This document shows, piece by piece, positions 59,470-64,000 of a DNA stretch of 64,000 nucleotides (its first letter is position 1; each line of letters starts with the position of its first letter). Position numbers and translations under genes: made by a program. The notes under the pieces are model-generated. The model ran no database searches, was not told where the DNA came from, and worked only from the letters and a program-made list of their open reading frames with translations. The DNA is from Dendrobates tinctorius (Eukaryota): NCBI RefSeq assembly GCF_039654945.1, contig NW_027362026.1, forward strand, positions 1,736,001-1,800,000, given 5' to 3'.

Positions 59470-62244
59470 GCAGCCTCTCCTTCCTCACCAGCTTCTTCTG
59501 GTGGAGGTTGCGCTATACCGCACTGCCGTATCATTACAGAGGTCCTTTACATGACGGTCTGTCTTCTGGCGGCAGCGGTCTTTGTCCGGTACCTTCCGCT
59601 GAACCCCTAGACCAATAATACGTGCGGTCGAAGAAAACGAGGCAGCAGCACTCCCAGAGTCAAACGTTAATGGCCATGAAGCAAGTGGCAGGGAAGGCTG
59701 CAATAGTCTGTCCGGTACTTGGCTCTGCATGCTCTGCACGTGTGCGGTACACAGTCAGTGGGTGCACGGCACCTCTATCTCTGGCAGTTACTCTCTTCGG
59801 TTGGTCAGGATCTTGGGACAAGCAAGGATGTAGCATACTTCGATGAATTACTCTAGTGGGGGTCCCATCTTCTCCTTCAGGTTGAACTTCATAGACAGGA
59901 CCATCAGATCCCATTCGGCGTTTCACCCGATATGGATATTTTTTTCCACAGGTACTCTAACTTGCCTCGGGGTTGTTTGTCTCAAACCAGTACTCGGTCT
60001 CTGGCCTTGAGAGCTGTCCTTTGCAGGGGCATCATATCATGGTGTTCAAGCTCTCGAAACCTGGTTTGTACCAATCGATGTAGAGTCTGCAAACGGTGTC
60101 GATGTTCACGGACCCAGGTGGACACCCCCATCCGTGGGTAGTCTTCCTCTGGATCCAATTCAGCTCAGTAATCTCTCGCCCTTTTCGGTCAAACAGCAGG
60201 ATGTATGGCGTGTATCCAGTTGTGCTGTGCACCCGGTTGTTGTACACCCAGACTAATTTGGCTACATACTCAGGTCAGAAAAATTTCCTGTCTTCTTCAA
60301 ATGTTCTCAACATCTGAATCAGTGTCCGGTTGAAATGTTCACAGGCCCAATTTCCTTGTGGATGGTAGGGCATCATACTGGACATCTCAATCTGATACAG
60401 ACGATGCAATTCTTCCATGACTTGCCCTTGGAAACAGGCACCTTGGACAAAGTGAATTCTCTTCAGACAACCATACACCCGGATGAAGTCTCGACAAATC
60501 GCCTGTGCCACTGACTTGGCAGTCTGATGTCTGGTCGGAGTCACCACAGCAAATTTGGTAAAATGATCAGTCATCACCAGGCAATGTTCGTATCCGAGAT
60601 GAGCTGGACCTATGGTCAAGTAGTCGATCATTAACACCTCTAGGGTAGCAGAAGTCATGATAGTCTGCATAGGTGCCCTCTGTTCCAGATGCTTAGCTAG
60701 TTCACAGTTCCTGCATTGCTGACAAGCATCATCTACTGCAGTCTTCATCCGGGGATGATAGACAAACTTCTGTAGCCACTGGAATGTCTTCTCTCTGTCA
60801 AAGTGAGAACCTCGCTCATGAGTTTCGGTGGCTACTTCGCCTATCAATTTTCCGGGGAGCACCACTTGCCAGGTAACCCCTATCTCTCGCACCAGCTGCA
60901 CTTTCCGATACAGCAGTCCATCTTCCAATTTGAGCCTCTCCCACTGCCTCAGAATCTGCAGCTCTCCTGGAGACAGAGCATCTCTCTCACTTCGGCTGGG
61001 GAGTCGTTTCAAAGCCACCTACTGCCTCAGCTGGGCGAGTTCTTTATCTTCTTGCTGAAGCCTCACCCAATCATCACGAAGCCGTCCCAGCATGTGTTCT
61101 CCCGACGCCTCATCGATCTGTCCCTGCGTCACCACCAATGTCCTGGGGTGGTTTCGAAACCCTGGGATCTCTTCGGCCTCCAATTCTTCATCCCGATCGG
61201 GTGTGGGTCGTTCATGGGTCACTCTGGACAGAGCATCGGTATGCGTGTTTTCAGCTCCTTTGCGATATGCAATGATATATTGGTATTTAGCCATGTGATA
61301 CCCATCTCCAAGGCCCCTAATTTCGCATTTTCTAAGAGGACCAGAGGGTTGTTGTCAGTGCACACCAAGATTTTGGACCCAGACAGGTATTCGGAGAACT
61401 TCTCGCCCACACTGGCGCCAGCAATTCCAACTTGAAAGAACTGTAACTATCCGGGTTCTGTTCTGAGTCATGGAGAGACTGGCTAGCAAAGGCAATTACT
61501 CGCTCTTTTCCATCCTACATCTGTGAGAATACTAGTCCCTGAAGGCCTCCATCAGTCTGAAGAATGAAAGGTTGAGAGAAGTCTGTATAGGGAGGCTTCT
61601 TCCTGGCTAGCTCCCCACTGAATGGTCCGATTTTTCGCACCAGATGGTACTCTCTCTTCAACACCTCCAGCAATGGGTTGACAATATGAGTGAAATTTTT
61701 CACAAACTGTCGATAGTACCCAGTAAGCCCCAGAAATGCCCACACATCCTTCATTGTCTTCGGAGTAGGCAGTCTTATACTGCTGCTATCTTCTCATGCT
61801 CTGGTTTCACGCCTTCAGCGGATACAACATGTCCTAGATATTCAATTTACTTGCGGAAAAGGTGGCGCTTCCGGGTTTTCACTTTCAGGTCGTGCTTCTG
61901 CAGCTGACTCAACACCTGCTCCAGCCATCGAAGATGCTCCTTAGGCCTCTTTCACACTTCCGTTTTTTACAATCAGTCACAATCCGCCAGGTTTTGAAAA
62001 AAAACGGATCCTCAAATTTTTTTTGAGGATCCGTTTTTTTCCCATTGACTTGCATTAATGGCGGATTGTGACGGATTGCTGTCCGTTGCATCCGTTTTTT
62101 GTGAGGATCCGCCAAAAGTTGCTGTCCGTCACCATCCTCAAAAATTTCAAAACGGAGCTTGTAACGTTTTTTTCTCTGGCGGATCCTGCAAACACTGATT
62201 TAACCCGAATTTCTTTCTGGGTGCCGGACAAAAAAAAAAAAAAA

Positions 62245-62283
<39 letters not shown>

Positions 62284-63415
62284 CTTCCCGGCCAACGATT
62301 CCTTTAAATTTCTTCATTTTCAGGATCCGTCTGAAAACGGATCCTGTGCCATCCGTTCACATCAGTTGAGAACGGATCCGCTTGTCCGCCTTTTTGGCGG
62401 ATTATAACTGATGCAAAAAACTGAAGTGTGAAAGAGGCCTTAAAGGTAGCTGCATAGACAATGATGTCATCAAAATAAATGAGGGTAGCTTCAAACTTCA
62501 AGTCTCCCAGACATCTCTCTATCAGTCGTTGAAAGGTTCCAAGTGCATTGGTAAGGTCGAAGCGCTTCCTGTTGAATTCAAACAATCCCATGGGCAGTAT
62601 GAATGCTGTCTTTGCCCGGTCATGCTCAGCCATGGACACTTGCCAATATTCACTGGCCAGATCCAGCGATGAGAAGTACTTTGCTTTTTCCCAGAGCGGA
62701 CAGTGACACCTCAATTCTCGCACGGTGCAGGCATTCTATTTCCAGTAATCAACACAAAAGCGCAGGGTTCCGTCCTTTTTCTGTAATAAAATGATAGGAG
62801 CAGCCAATGGACTTTGGCTCTCTCGGATGACTCCACTCTGCAGCATATGCGTCAACACCTCTTTCACCTCTTGAAACATTTGCGGTGGGATTTGTCCATA
62901 TCACTCCCAAATGGGTGCAATGCTTCCCTTGGGAATCTTGTGGGTGATGGCTGTGGTGCACCCGAAATCATCGTCATGATGAGCAAAATGTCCTGGTAAT
63001 GCTCCAGCTCAGCTTCCACTTGTTGTACCTGTTGTGGTGAGAGTTCCGTTAGCTTAGCCCACATCTGCTCCAGGATCCAGTGCCCTTCCTTTAGATTGTT
63101 AGGTGGTGGCTCAGAGGACATGGTAACGACCACTGTCCAGGGATCTCCTTGTTGCACCGCCAACTGGATGGCCTGTGGTTGTATCAGTTCTCCCGGCATA
63201 CCCATTATCTGTGCCACTTCTATTTTGGACGTGAGACTGTCCTCTCCTAGATTGACACACCGCACCAGTACATTACTGTCATGAACATTGGCTAACGTCC
63301 GTGAATGAAGAGCCCTGTAGGTAGTTGATCCATTAAAGCTGGCTCTATCTGAACTTCTACCTCTTCAAGAGGCATGCAGGCTCGTACAGGCAGAGCGAGC
63401 ACAGTCTGACCGACT
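59470..63415 (-). mobile_element. pol: Decayed Gypsy pol (RT, RNase H, integrase), related to 43131-47300
   Basis: LDLASEYWQV, IYFDD, QTDG, TDNNPL, DHFTKFAVV, HPQGNWACEHFN; many frameshifts. Confidence 0.9.
61944..62439. mobile_element. Harbinger-type MITE inserted in the Gypsy RT
   Basis: Perfect 17-bp TIR GGCCTCTTTCACACTTC; TTA TSD. Removal restores ATFK-EHL. Central poly-A and (CT)n. Confidence 0.92.
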
Positions 63416-64000
63416 AGAAAGTAATAATACCCCATGTGCAATTTAATTAATAGTAAATGGGATGTATCCAAAAAAACATAGTGTTTTCAAAGAAAATCAC
63501 ATGTGAAACAATGTATACTAAATAAGGTAAAATGATGAAGTCCATATAGATTGTTAAAATAGCTGTTGGGTAAAACAAAAAATGTTTTGCTGTAGGTCCT
63601 GTCGTATAAATATATGTATCCTTTTTTAAACCTTTTTACATGCATTTAAAGGTATATTTATTTATATTATGCTAACTTATGAAATAATTTTATATGTATT
63701 AATAGTGTTTAATATTGAATTTGGCTTGAATGGCTAACATATGCACTATTATGCACTTCACCTCAGGCAAGGAGCTTGCAAGGCCAAATGGGAGGACACT
63801 CCCGCAACACGACATTCCCTCCTCAGACACAAAGACTTAAGAACATTTCATGGGCAGCAAGGATTCAAGTACCTTCAGTGACTAATTACATATGACAGTG
63901 CACTTCTATTGCCTTGGCAGCTATTTTAACAATCTGTATGGACTTGATCATTTTACCAGTGTACCTTATTTAGCATTTCTTGTTTCACAAGTGAATTGCT

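Overview
Eukaryotic, gene-free and transposon-saturated DNA with two assembly gaps (27581-27854, 32919-33070). The repeat types suggest an amphibian, probably a frog (inference). I see no host exon, rRNA, tRNA or CRISPR array. Much of the window resolves into nested insertions whose boundaries can be read from terminal repeats and target-site duplications (TSDs). (1) A five-deep nest at 4660-23305: piggyBac-like non-autonomous element > hammerhead-bearing insert > Helitron > Harbinger MITE > a full-length 10.6-kb hAT. The hAT's ZBED-type transposase is bracketed by two different ~130-bp satellite arrays. (2) One old Gypsy element scattered over ~24450-55282 by later insertions: two solo LTRs, a full-length L1, MITEs, and a second hAT that itself carries a Gypsy, a pogo-like MITE, a solo LTR and a two-LTR element. 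(3) CR1, hAT and Gypsy remnants at 56-63.4 kb. The most notable items are the twin-satellite hAT, a non-autonomous LTR element with an intact Tf1/sushi-type 11-nt self-priming signature, minimal hammerhead ribozyme motifs, a 193-bp-arm palindrome with a 14-bp TSD, and a strong minus-strand bias of the elements. All calls are by eye; no database search was run.
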